A stretch of DNA of 63,745 bases, from positions 1 through 63,745 of the forward strand of contig SHYO01000001.1 in the NCBI GenBank assembly GCA_009692745.1, written 5' to 3'. This document shows, in pieces, positions 1 through 8,935 of the stretch (within the stretch, counting starts at the first letter, position 1; each line of letters opens with the position of its first letter). Both the position numbers and the translations under genes were made by a program. Source of the stretch: Chloroflexota bacterium (lineage in GTDB: Bacteria; Chloroflexota; Anaerolineae; Epilineales; SHYO01). The notes under the pieces were generated by a model that saw only the letters and a list, made by a program, of their open reading frames with translations, was not told the DNA's origin and ran no database searches.

Positions 1-68
1 CGCGGCATCTCCGGCAAAGAAGTCGCTACCTGGTAGAAAATGTGTACGATAATGTCGTCTGTAGTCAT
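1..68 (-). CDS. 5' end of an unidentified gene running off the left edge (MTTDDIIVHIFYQVATSLPEMP...)
   Basis: ATG at 66-68 (minus) preceded by AAGGAG about 7 nt upstream; only 22 codons visible and no recognisable motif. Confidence 0.25.
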   Translation of the reverse strand, partial: MTTDDIIVHIFYQVATSLPEMP

Positions 69-124
69 GAGATTTCTCCTTTTTGGTTTCGCCACCATAA
101 GGGTATCTCATGACTACCTTTTTC

Positions 125-379
125 TCAACTAGCACCAATGGTTTTATAACTGGTTCCATCGTAGAAGGCGACAGAAACCGGCCCGCCTCCAACCACGTGA
201 TGGTTTGTGGCAATCAGACCACTGGCATGCCATACTACTCCGCTACCGGCGCCACCCCCGTCGCGACCCGATTGGGACCGGCGGATCACTACCACCCCGG
301 CCTGGCTGCGCTCCGCCAGGGCCGCTATTTCATCAGAAAACTGACTGGCAATATTTGCAGGTAATGACATCTTTTTCAT
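125..379 (-). pseudogene. Truncated HtrA/trypsin-like serine protease paralog (N-terminal 84 aa only)
   Basis: Contains the catalytic-His block GLIATNHHVV and an N-terminus collinear with the upstream 303-aa HtrA. It stops after 84 aa with no Asp or Ser catalytic blocks and no PDZ. The sequence downstream starts a different gene. Confidence 0.55.
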
Positions 380-393
380 CTACCTTCCTGGTT

Positions 394-1305
394 TTACTTG
401 GCTTCCCCAATGGCAATCGAAAGTTGTTGCATTTCCCCGCCGCGTACTATGCGCCCGGCTACGGTTGAGCCCACCTGGTTACTTCCCAGCACCGCCTGGA
501 GGTCTTCCAGATCGGTAATAGTCTGCCCACCCAAATTTACCAGAATATCTCCCAGAATGATGCCGCTCTGCTCAGCGGGCCCATCGGACTCGGTCGACAT
601 TACCAGCAGTCCTGATGGTTGGTTCAGGCCCAGGCGGCCGGCCAGAGCAGGAGGTAGCGGGACCGGCTGGACGCTAACGCCCAGGTATCCGCGCCGCACC
701 CGCCCACCGCTGAGCACCGCTTCAACCACCCGCCGCACCGTTTCCGTGGGAATGGCCAGGCTAATACCCCGCGCGAGTGCCGAGCTGTTGATCCCCAAAA
801 CTTGTCCCTGGCTATTGACCAGGGCGCCGCCGGAAAAGCCGGGATACATGGTGACGTCAGTCTGAATCAATCCCTGGCTAAAACCGGACGCCTTCTGCCG
901 CCGGCCGAAATCCGTCTTGGCGCTTACTATGCCGATGGTAGCCATAGGAGTAGCCCCGGGCCGCCCCAGTGCCAGCACCAGTTCTCCGATCCGCACATTG
1001 TCATATGCAGCCCACGTGGCGGGCATCAAATCGCCAAAATCTGTCTTCAGCACGGCCAGGTCCGTGTTAGGATCACGGCCTACCAACTGGGCCGGGCCCT
1101 CCCGGCCATCGGATAGGCCAATCACAATTTGGTCTTCGCGTTCCAATACATGATCGGTGGTTACAATCAGACCGTCGGTGCTCCAGACGATGCCGGTAGC
1201 AGCTTGTCGTGGCCGGCCTTCTACCCGTACCAGGGATGGACCGACCCGGTCAACAGTTCCCGCCAGGGCATCGGAAAGACCTTGTAAAATATTTTCGGAC
1301 ATCAT
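394..1305 (-). CDS. HtrA/DegP-family (S1C) serine protease with C-terminal PDZ domain
   Basis: Catalytic triad blocks TTDHV, DLAVLK and GFSGGALVN. PDZ-like tail with YLGV...GLLV...GDILV. Confidence 0.85.
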   Translation of the reverse strand: MMSENILQGLSDALAGTVDRVGPSLVRVEGRPRQAATGIVWSTDGLIVTTDHVLEREDQIVIGLSDGREGPAQLVGRDPNTDLAVLKTDFGDLMPATWAAYDNVRIGELVLALGRPGATPMATIGIVSAKTDFGRRQKASGFSQGLIQTDVTMYPGFSGGALVNSQGQVLGINSSALARGISLAIPTETVRRVVEAVLSGGRVRRGYLGVSVQPVPLPPALAGRLGLNQPSGLLVMSTESDGPAEQSGIILGDILVNLGGQTITDLEDLQAVLGSNQVGSTVAGRIVRGGEMQQLSIAIGEAK

Positions 1306-1512
1306 TTTCTCCTGTCTGTGCTAAACAATCCCTAAGATGAACTTCATCTGGTTGTTGAGAGTACTCGACTAAATGTCGAGAATATTGGAATTAGTATAAA
1401 CCCATGTGGGATAACAGACATCGCCAGGTTGGCTAGTAGGGTACCTGGAAAAAAGACTAGTAGACTCTGAACCTGGAGGATTAACCGAATCCGATATGGG
1501 GAACAGGTGTAT

Positions 1513-1560
1513 GTATGTGTGTGAGTGTGAAAGGTATACCTTTCACACTCACACACATAC
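1513..1560. repeat. Perfect 48-bp palindrome (24-bp arms, no spacer) rich in alternating GT/CA
   Basis: gtatgtgtgtgagtgtgaaaggta|tacctttcacactcacacacatac. It lies between the response regulator stop (1626) and the HtrA start (1305) and contains GTGTGAAA / TTTCACAC half-sites. Confidence 0.9.
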
Positions 1561-1568
1561 GTGTCCCA

Positions 1569-1600
1569 GTGTGAAATCCCTATGCACACATATTTCACAC
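1569..1600. promoter_or_regulatory. Second inverted repeat GTGTGAAAT-N14-ATTTCACAC sharing the half-site of the 48-bp palindrome
   Basis: Arms at 1569-1577 and 1592-1600 are exact reverse complements. The same 8-mer GTGTGAAA also occurs at 1525-1532, with its complement at 1541-1548. Confidence 0.6.
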
Positions 1601-1625
1601 ACACATAAAAGTTAAGACAGGGATG

Positions 1626-2288
1626 TTAGAGGAGGATCAATCCCTGGCGGGCTGCCAGTGCCACGGCTTCCGTCCGGCTACTGGCGCCCAACTCTTGCAT
1701 GATGCTGCTGACGTGGAATTTGACCGTGTGTTCACTGATATTCAGTCGTGCGGCCAATATCTTATTGCTCAGCCCTTCCGCCAGTAACTGTAACACTTCC
1801 AGCTCGCGTTGGGTGAGGGAGGGACGTGCGGATAGTTGATCGCGCTCTGTTTTTGCGGCTGTGCTGGTAGCAGCATTCAGTTTACGTAGCAGAGTTGCTG
1901 CGGCCATAGGATGCATCACTAATCCGCCTTGCGCTACTGTTCTAATCGCCTGGCCAATCTCCTGAGAGGTGGCCTGGCGCAATAAGTAACCACGGGCTCC
2001 GGCTTGTAAGGCATTTAAGGTCAAGGCATCGGTATCATCTGGGGTAAAGACAATTACGCCACTCTCGGGGGCAACTTTACGCAGTTCCCACAGGGCTTCC
2101 AGCGCAGCAGCTTCATACGAAGCGGGATCTAACAGAATTACATCAGGGTGTAAGTCTCGGGCAGCCAACACCATCTCATGGGGGTTGGCAACCTGTCGCA
2201 ACACCCGAGCTTCGGGATTGGCTTCTACCATCACCTGTAATCCCGCGCGCATCGCCGGATATGCTGCCACGATTAAAGTGTCAGGCAA
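1626..2288 (-). CDS. NarL/FixJ-family response regulator (REC + LuxR-type HTH) with an atypical receiver domain
   Basis: The C-terminal LTQRELEVLQLLAEGLSNKILAARLNISEHTVKFHVSSIM is a LuxR HTH. The receiver has AA where the acidic DD pair normally sits (LIVAAYP) and R in place of the conserved K (GYLLRQ). Confidence 0.85.
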   Translation of the reverse strand: MPDTLIVAAYPAMRAGLQVMVEANPEARVLRQVANPHEMVLAARDLHPDVILLDPASYEAAALEALWELRKVAPESGVIVFTPDDTDALTLNALQAGARGYLLRQATSQEIGQAIRTVAQGGLVMHPMAAATLLRKLNAATSTAAKTERDQLSARPSLTQRELEVLQLLAEGLSNKILAARLNISEHTVKFHVSSIMQELGASSRTEAVALAARQGLILL

Positions 2289-2465
2289 AGTTCCTATCCT
2301 TTCTAGGAATATCCCGGTGGAGTCTTGCCAGAAAGTGTAGCACGATCAATTGAGAGCGTCAATGGATTTTAACTGCACGAGCGCTAAATTTCTTACGCTT
2401 TTGGCCTGCTCGGCGTTTATGGCTATAATTGGTATATTGAAGCGGTTTAATAGCGAGACTACAGG

Positions 2466-2987
2466 GTGAATCCAGCAGTGATGCGTACCGAGACGATAGC
2501 GCTAGGTGTCGAGGAAGAAGCCACCTATGATCTGCAAGTCCAGGGAGAAATGGGATTCCGGCAATTCTTTTTGGTAGCCCAAGAAGGCAACCGTTGTCTG
2601 CGTCTGGGATTGCCAAAAGAATTGATTCTGCTCCTGGTAACACGATTACAGGAGATTTTGAGACGATTGGGTGTAACAACCTCCAATTTGGATCTTGTGC
2701 CGCCGCAATTCAACGGGGCGGAACTGGAGGCAGCCCAACAGCTTCTTATCCAATACGTTGGGTTGAGCCTTGATCAGGATCGCAGATTACTTCTTACAGT
2801 TTATGGTTTACCCGAGATAACGGATATTCCGGGGAAGATGGTTTATCCTCACGTGGTCCTAACCATCGGCCTTGCGGCGGCTCAGGCTCTGGTAAACCGT
2901 ATCTGGCTTGTGGTTTTGCAGGGCCGACCTACCTGTATTATCTGTGGGAAACCTCTTAATTCCGGCCATATTTGCAAGGAAGATTGA
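2466..2987 (+). CDS. DUF3090-family protein
   Basis: The C-terminal GRPTCIICGKPLNSGHIC matches the DUF3090 zinc-ribbon-like tail, and the N-terminal FFLVAQEGNRCLRLGLPKE block fits the family. Start is GTG 2466 or ATG 2481. Confidence 0.55.
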   Translation: MNPAVMRTETIALGVEEEATYDLQVQGEMGFRQFFLVAQEGNRCLRLGLPKELILLLVTRLQEILRRLGVTTSNLDLVPPQFNGAELEAAQQLLIQYVGLSLDQDRRLLLTVYGLPEITDIPGKMVYPHVVLTIGLAAAQALVNRIWLVVLQGRPTCIICGKPLNSGHICKED

Positions 2988-2997
2988 GTGTAAACGA

Positions 2998-4200
2998 ATG
3001 AGCAGCGAATCGAGTATACATCCCTGGACGCAAGCCGCACCGGCCCTCCCTTGGGATCAAGGCGATCATTTTGTAACCCTGGTGCGGGATGTCTTCGATG
3101 TTTATGATGTGACCGAGCTGCCTGAGATCACCCGGGCCGCCCGGGGCAAAGTCGATCCACGCCAGGTAATTGCCGGCTTCAACCTGGAGGGGCTGCCCTA
3201 CATGCCCCACACGGTCCGGCTGCGCGGCCGGTTGAAGATCCCTGCGGAACGAGCTTATCAGTTGGTGGCAGAGCGCTTTCGCCGGGAAGGATATACGCCA
3301 TTTTTCCGCGGTGATGGCCAGGACCAGGTGATCCTGGCGATTCCAGGGGCATTGCCGGAAGCCCGGCCCAACGTGGTTCTGGCAGTGATACTTTTCATAG
3401 CTACCCTTATCTCGGTCACGATTAGCGGCTTTGATATGTCCTATGCGCCGAACCAGGGCCTGTTGCAAAATATTCTGGGCGGGCTACAGTTTTCTCTACC
3501 TCTGCTGGCTATTCTTTTGTGCCACGAGTTTGGCCACTACTTGATGGCCCGTCTCTATAACACCCCCGTGAGTCTGCCATACTTTATCCCCCTCCCCGTG
3601 GTAGGGTTGTTTGGCACTATGGGAGCTTTTATTTCCATGAAGGCGCCGCCTTCCGACCGGAAGGCGCTTTTCGCTATTGCTGCTGCCGGGCCTTTAGGGG
3701 GGCTGATAGTGGCTGTGCCGGTTTTAATTGCCGGTCTATTACTTTCCCATGTCCAACCCCTGCCCACGGGACCGTACCTGGCAGAGGGGAACTCACTGCT
3801 CTACCTGCTTCTCAAATTGCTCCTCTTTGGCCAAATTCTGCCAAATGGTCACATGGATGTATCCCTTCACCCCATGGCCTTTGCTGGCTGGGCCGGCTTA
3901 CTGGTGACGGCGCTGAATTTGATTCCAGCCGGGCAGCTCGATGGTGGGCATATCGTCCATGCCCTGCTGGGCGAGCGCTCTAAGTATCTCACCTATCTGA
4001 TTATTGCTATTCTGTTAGCTTTGGGGTTGGTTTGGCCGGGCTGGTGGCTCTGGGCCGTGCTGATCTACTTTTTGGGGCGGCGCCAGGCTATCGTGCTGAA
4101 TGAGCTTACCAGTATTGATCTGCCCCGCCAGATTCTAGCCGTGGTGTTGGTAGTCATCTTCATCCTGATTTTTACGCCCATCCCCCTGGCTCAGGGATAG
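2998..4200 (+). CDS. Site-2 protease family (M50) membrane zinc metalloprotease
   Basis: HEFGHYLMA (HExxH) and NLIPAGQLDGGHI motifs plus several hydrophobic segments. ATG 2998 chosen because the longer ORF (2908) overlaps the DUF3090 gene. Confidence 0.8.
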   Translation: MSSESSIHPWTQAAPALPWDQGDHFVTLVRDVFDVYDVTELPEITRAARGKVDPRQVIAGFNLEGLPYMPHTVRLRGRLKIPAERAYQLVAERFRREGYTPFFRGDGQDQVILAIPGALPEARPNVVLAVILFIATLISVTISGFDMSYAPNQGLLQNILGGLQFSLPLLAILLCHEFGHYLMARLYNTPVSLPYFIPLPVVGLFGTMGAFISMKAPPSDRKALFAIAAAGPLGGLIVAVPVLIAGLLLSHVQPLPTGPYLAEGNSLLYLLLKLLLFGQILPNGHMDVSLHPMAFAGWAGLLVTALNLIPAGQLDGGHIVHALLGERSKYLTYLIIAILLALGLVWPGWWLWAVLIYFLGRRQAIVLNELTSIDLPRQILAVVLVVIFILIFTPIPLAQG

Positions 4201-4207
4201 GTATAAT

Positions 4208-4241
4208 AGACAAGCCCGCTAGTTTTGGCGGGCTTGTCTTT
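4208..4241. terminator. Bidirectional intrinsic terminator hairpin between convergent genes
   Basis: agacaagcccgc-tagttttg-gcgggcttgtct followed by tt. A 12-bp GC-rich stem. Confidence 0.65.
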
Positions 4242-4269
4242 ACCAGGTTATTGTTCGATCCCGCTTACC

Positions 4270-5061
4270 TCAGACGTTGTCCTCTCCGCCATCAACCTTG
4301 AGGATTGTCCCGGAAATCCAAGTCAAATCGGGATTACAGAGTGTCACCAATGCGGTCGCCACATCTTCAGGACGTGTCAGGCGCCCTCCGGGGTTACGTT
4401 GCAGAGCCTCAGATATCAGAATGTCGCTGTTAGGGATGCGGCGTAGCGCCGGTGTGATGGTCACGCCCGCCTGTAGGCAGTTTACCAAAATACCCTGGGG
4501 ACCCAATTCCAGCGCAAGCTGGCGCGTGTGGCTTTCCAGAGTTGCTTTGGCGGCAGAAACGGTGCCATATCCGACGAAAACCCGGTGCGATCCGGCGCTG
4601 GTCATAGAGAAGACGCGGCTGCCGCGGGTCAACATGCCGCGGCGTACCAGGTCCTGTACCCAGTAGACGAGGCTGTGGCCCATGACGTTCAGGGTCATAT
4701 CCATCTGCGTTGGGCTAATCGCATCTTCAGGTTTTTCTGCGATAAAAGGGAGCAAAGTGCCGAAGGCCAGCGAGTGGAGCATGACGTGGACATACGCCCG
4801 GGGATCGGTGCTTTTGAGTTCCTCGTCTAGTTTGTCCAGCGCTTTTTGACGGCGGCCCTCATCTGCCGCGTTCATATTAATGAATAAAGCTTTTACTCCG
4901 GCCGCTTCCACATCGGCGATCACCTCCTTGGCCATCGGCAGCGTCTGTTTCAGATCCAGGTGTATGCCGCAGATATTATAGCCGGCCCGCGCCAATGCCC
5001 GCGAACAGGCGCCGCCAAAACCGGATGATGCTCCCAAAATCAGTGCCCATTGATTTCCCAC
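4270..5061 (-). CDS. SDR-family oxidoreductase, enoyl-ACP reductase-like (FabL/FabI-type Y-x6-K)
   Basis: N-terminal GASSGFGGA dinucleotide-binding loop. Active-site spacing YGTVSAAK (Y-x6-K) is typical of enoyl reductases rather than classical SDRs. Confidence 0.6.
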   Translation of the reverse strand: MGNQWALILGASSGFGGACSRALARAGYNICGIHLDLKQTLPMAKEVIADVEAAGVKALFINMNAADEGRRQKALDKLDEELKSTDPRAYVHVMLHSLAFGTLLPFIAEKPEDAISPTQMDMTLNVMGHSLVYWVQDLVRRGMLTRGSRVFSMTSAGSHRVFVGYGTVSAAKATLESHTRQLALELGPQGILVNCLQAGVTITPALRRIPNSDILISEALQRNPGGRLTRPEDVATALVTLCNPDLTWISGTILKVDGGEDNV

Positions 5062-5077
5062 GATATAGCCTCCTACT

Positions 5078-6133
5078 TTAAAAACCGTTAGATTTAAATG
5101 TTTCGGAATGCAAGTAAAGCGTCATTTTAGCGTGGCGGTCGGCATCAGCCCACGTATGGCCCCCATTTTCTAAAGGTCCCAAAAGCGGCGTGGCTCCCTG
5201 CCAACGTAACATTTCCGAGAGGTGCTCACCCCGGTAATAGTTCGAGTGCTTTGGCTCGGCGCGCTTAGGCCCATATTGGATAAACCAGCGGATGCGTTGC
5301 ACCTCACGCGTCTCGGCGCGCAAAATCAGGTTGGGCGGATTGTTGGCCGCTATATATTCGGAATCCGGTGGATCGCCAAAAACTGGCCGGAATAAGGGCA
5401 TGCGCAGTACCGGATCATTGCTCCGAATTGATCGCCCATTTTCTGTGGCATAAAAATAGAGCCCGTCATAGGCGCCGCAGGTACTGAAGCTCTCCGGATA
5501 CTGTGCTGTAATCTTGGTGGCCATATATCCACCCAGGGAAAAACCATCTACCCCCCGTGCTTCCCGTTGCGGTACGGTGCGAAAGTGGCGGTCAACCAGG
5601 GGAATTACCTCTTGCAGCAGGTAATCTTCAAACCTGCCGGTCCCCACTCCCGCATGAGACCGGGCGGCAGCGGGATCTTTGAAATTAATCAACATCCCAT
5701 TAATGGAGTTGTCTGTGCTGGAGATACCGGGGAAAACCAGGATCATAGGAGTAATTAAGCCTGCTTGCGCCAATTCCAGGTAAACATCCAGGATATTCTG
5801 ACCCTGGCGCGAACTGTCTTCGTTGATATTCAGCCATTCTCTTTCATGGCCTCGGAAAAAATAAACCACCGGAAAGCGCCGCGCCTCGGTTTGATTTTGC
5901 CCGGCGAGACCTGTTCCTCTAGTAGTTGTCTGCTGGTATTCCGGAGGCAGGAAGACATATATAGTTTTCGATACCTGCATTACCCGGCTGTCATGGGTAA
6001 TGGTAATTGCCCTTGGATCATATGAAGAAGTGCCCTGAAATATGATTTTCAAAGGACTTCTGGAATTATCCGGTACAGTGGGTCGCGGCATGGTTTTAGT
6101 CTGGTTGAGACTTCCGGCAAGTGACATCGGCAA
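5078..6133 (-). CDS. Alpha/beta hydrolase, putative esterase family
   Basis: Nucleophile elbow GFSLGG. FPVVYFFRGHE and overall length fit the esterase D / enterochelin-esterase-like fold. Confidence 0.6.
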   Translation of the reverse strand: MPMSLAGSLNQTKTMPRPTVPDNSRSPLKIIFQGTSSYDPRAITITHDSRVMQVSKTIYVFLPPEYQQTTTRGTGLAGQNQTEARRFPVVYFFRGHEREWLNINEDSSRQGQNILDVYLELAQAGLITPMILVFPGISSTDNSINGMLINFKDPAAARSHAGVGTGRFEDYLLQEVIPLVDRHFRTVPQREARGVDGFSLGGYMATKITAQYPESFSTCGAYDGLYFYATENGRSIRSNDPVLRMPLFRPVFGDPPDSEYIAANNPPNLILRAETREVQRIRWFIQYGPKRAEPKHSNYYRGEHLSEMLRWQGATPLLGPLENGGHTWADADRHAKMTLYLHSETFKSNGF

Positions 6134-6204
6134 CGGATTTCGGGCAAGCCGGTATTATACCAGCGATGCCGGTCGATTACAAACAAAACGCGCGGTTCAA
6201 ATTG

Positions 6205-6233
6205 TTGACTTTTGTCTGATTCGCGCCTACAAT
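6205..6233 (+). promoter_or_regulatory. Sigma-70-like promoter TTGACT-N17-TACAAT
   Basis: -35 TTGACT (6205-6210), 17-nt spacer, -10 TACAAT (6228-6233), about 167 nt upstream of the STAND NTPase ATG. Confidence 0.45.
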
Positions 6234-6399
6234 CAACCGCAGTAGAGACATCAAATCAATTACTAACCAGCAACCGTAATACTATTTTAGAATTGCCCAT
6301 AGAAGATGTAAGCATACGAGTTTACTACGCTTGTGAATGGTTGCGTAGCTTGAAGTTAGATTCGGTTATAGAGATTCGTGGCTGTGGGATAAATCCAAA

Positions 6400-8472
6400 A
6401 TGACGACTCTTGTCTCTCGCCTTGAAGCCCTACGCCGTGCCATGTTTGTCGGTCGCCAGGTCTATAAAGATCAGTTCCAGGAAGCATTACTGGCGCCCCC
6501 AGGTATGTTACCCTGTACCTGTTTCCGTATTATCGGCTCGGGAGGAATTGGCAAAACTTCGTTGTTACAGGAATATCGCCATATGTGCCAGGAGGCTACC
6601 ATCCCGGCCTACATGTTGGATGCCCATCATTTTGATCCTACAACCCAGGCTTTCACCTATGCTTTGGGTCGTGTCATGCAGGTCTCCGATCCCTTAGCGG
6701 CGTTGCAGGCTCGGCAGAGTCGCCAGGTCTTATTGCTAGATACCTGCGAATTGCTGACACCGCTGGAAAGCTGGCTAAGGGAGGACTTCTTCCCGGCCCT
6801 GCCCGACGAAATACTCATCGTGATGGCCGGACGGGAGGATCTGCCGGAAAGTTGGCGCTCTGATCCGGCCTGGCAGGCCATCAGCCGGGAGATCTTCCTG
6901 GGGAATTTTAGTGAAAGCGAATCCCGCGCCTATTTGACCCGCCGGCATATCCCAGCGGAGCAACATAAGGCCGTCTTGGAGTTTACCCACGGCCATCCCC
7001 TGGCCCTTTCCCTGGTAGCCGAAACTATCATCCAACGCCAGGAGTTGGCTTTTGAGGGTGGAGCGCCTCCGCCTGACGTGGTCCGTGTGTTGTTACAGCG
7101 TCTGGTGGAAGTGGTGCCCAGCCCGGCTCACCGGGCGGCATTGGAAACCAGTGCCATTGTGCGAAATGTGACCGAGGGATTACTGCAGGCCATTATGCAA
7201 ATGCCGGATGTGCTGGAGCTTTTTCGCTGGCTGCAGGGACTTTCCTTTATTGAGGCTGGTCCACGGGGCCTTTTCCCTCATGACCTGGCTCGGGAGACGC
7301 TGCTGGCCGATTTGCGCTGGCGAAATCCGGAGTGGTATCAGGAGCTGCACGATCGAGCCCGCCGGTATTATGCTCAACGCTTGAATGAGACTACCGGCCG
7401 GGAGCAGCAGCGAGTTCTATTTGATTATATCTATCTGCACCGCGAAAACCCCATGGTCCAGCCGTTTTTCGAATGGACGGCTAGCGGTCTTTTGCCGGAT
7501 GTGGCATATCCTTCCGATGTACCGGCAGTGCTCCAAATAGTGAGGGAACGCGAGGGCCAGGCCAGCGCCGATTTGATCTCTGAATGGCTGGCCGAACAGC
7601 GCAACGGGCTTACGGTGCTGCGGAATGTTTCTGGCGAGGTGCAAGGTTTTCTTTTGACCATTGCCTTACATGCTGCTTCGCCCGAGTTGATCCAGGCAGA
7701 TCCGGCGGCAGCGGCCGCCTGGAAAGTGGTGCTGAAAAACGCCCGCTTACAAGAGAACGCCGCCGGTGTTTCTTTATTCCGCGCCTGGATGGACCGCGAT
7801 ATATATCAGGCAGTGAGTCCCACCCAAAGTGTGGTCTTTGTCCAGATGGTGCGGCATGTTCTCACCACGCCGGGTTTGGCCTGGTCGTTTTATGTTTTTG
7901 CAGACCCCGAATTCTGGACTCCTGTGATGCACTATGCGGAATTGCGCCGCTTGCCCGAAGCAGATTTTGAAGTAGGGGGACAAGCCTACGGGATGTTTGG
8001 CCATGATTGGCGCGCCATGTCCCCTATGGACTGGCTGGATATGCTGGCTTACCGCGAAGTAGCGGCACAGGTGACTGAATCTCCTCAGAGTTTGCCCGCG
8101 GTTATGTCTGATTACGAGCTGTTCTCCCAGGCCGTGCGACAGGGATTGCGTGACCTGACCCATCCTGCCGCTTTGGCGAACAATCCTTTAGCTGAATTGC
8201 CGGCTATGGCTCCCCAGGGTAAGATCGTGGCGACATCCCTGGAGCGAGCTCGGAATTTGCAGCGCATGATGATGGAAGGTATTGATACGCTGGAACACCG
8301 TCCGCGAGACCGTAAGCTCTATACGGCTCTGTACCATTCGTATGTCCTCCCGGCGCCAACCCAGGAGGCCGCCTCTGAGGCGGCCGATGTTCCTTTCAGC
8401 ACGTTTCGGCGCCATCTGAACCAGGGGACCAGGCGCGTCACTGAGCTACTCTGGGCTCGCTTGACCGGATAA
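6400..8472 (+). CDS. STAND/NB-ARC-like P-loop NTPase with C-terminal HTH-like segment
   Basis: Walker A GSGGIGKTS, Walker B VLLLDTCE and a GxP motif HGHPLAL, in NB-ARC order. About 350 aa of unassigned region follows, then a helix-turn-helix-like tail FSTFRRHLNQGTRRVTELL. Confidence 0.6.
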   Translation: MTTLVSRLEALRRAMFVGRQVYKDQFQEALLAPPGMLPCTCFRIIGSGGIGKTSLLQEYRHMCQEATIPAYMLDAHHFDPTTQAFTYALGRVMQVSDPLAALQARQSRQVLLLDTCELLTPLESWLREDFFPALPDEILIVMAGREDLPESWRSDPAWQAISREIFLGNFSESESRAYLTRRHIPAEQHKAVLEFTHGHPLALSLVAETIIQRQELAFEGGAPPPDVVRVLLQRLVEVVPSPAHRAALETSAIVRNVTEGLLQAIMQMPDVLELFRWLQGLSFIEAGPRGLFPHDLARETLLADLRWRNPEWYQELHDRARRYYAQRLNETTGREQQRVLFDYIYLHRENPMVQPFFEWTASGLLPDVAYPSDVPAVLQIVREREGQASADLISEWLAEQRNGLTVLRNVSGEVQGFLLTIALHAASPELIQADPAAAAAWKVVLKNARLQENAAGVSLFRAWMDRDIYQAVSPTQSVVFVQMVRHVLTTPGLAWSFYVFADPEFWTPVMHYAELRRLPEADFEVGGQAYGMFGHDWRAMSPMDWLDMLAYREVAAQVTESPQSLPAVMSDYELFSQAVRQGLRDLTHPAALANNPLAELPAMAPQGKIVATSLERARNLQRMMMEGIDTLEHRPRDRKLYTALYHSYVLPAPTQEAASEAADVPFSTFRRHLNQGTRRVTELLWARLTG

Positions 8473-8485
8473 GAGTTATGATCTA

Positions 8486-8863
8486 ATGATTTCTAATTTT
8501 GATGTCGTGTATATCCATTCCAGGAATGTAGAATCTATGCGCCGGTTCTACGGCGAAGTTCTGGGCCTGATAGAGATTATGCATCATAACCAGACATCGA
8601 TCTTCGCCGCCGGAGATCGCCCTTTCTTGATTATAGAGGAGAGCCGCGAGGTATACGAAACCAACCGGGAGCCGCAACGTCTGGTGCTGAATCTTTTCGC
8701 CGAGTCCCCCCGCGCCACGTTCAACGCCATTGTCCGGCGCGGCGCCAAAGTTGTCCAGCCGGTCCGTGTGTTAGAAGATGGCAACCGGCGCTGGGAGGGG
8801 GGCACAGTTGCCGATCCTGACGGCAATCTGGTACAAATAGTACACCATAATTTCTTCGCTTAA
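8486..8863 (+). CDS. VOC (glyoxalase/bleomycin-resistance/dioxygenase) family protein
   Basis: 125 aa with the typical N-terminal block VVYIHSRNVESMRRFYGEVLGL and C-terminal DPDGNLVQIV. Confidence 0.7.
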   Translation: MISNFDVVYIHSRNVESMRRFYGEVLGLIEIMHHNQTSIFAAGDRPFLIIEESREVYETNREPQRLVLNLFAESPRATFNAIVRRGAKVVQPVRVLEDGNRRWEGGTVADPDGNLVQIVHHNFFA

Positions 8864-8935
8864 ATAACGGCTGTCTGTTCCAGGGCTTCCATAAGTTCTT
8901 TGTGCCGTTGGGCCATACCCTTTGCTCCTTATATA

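Noticed and set aside
1344-1604. 86-aa ORF on the minus strand
   Set aside because: It spans the palindromic GT/CA tract (translating to HTHTHTYT-like low complexity), lies in an intergenic region, and has no RBS.
2908-2997. Longer form of the M50 protease ORF overlapping the DUF3090 gene by 80 nt
   Set aside because: The internal ATG 2998 follows the DUF3090 stop, has an AAGGAAG element upstream, and removes the overlap.
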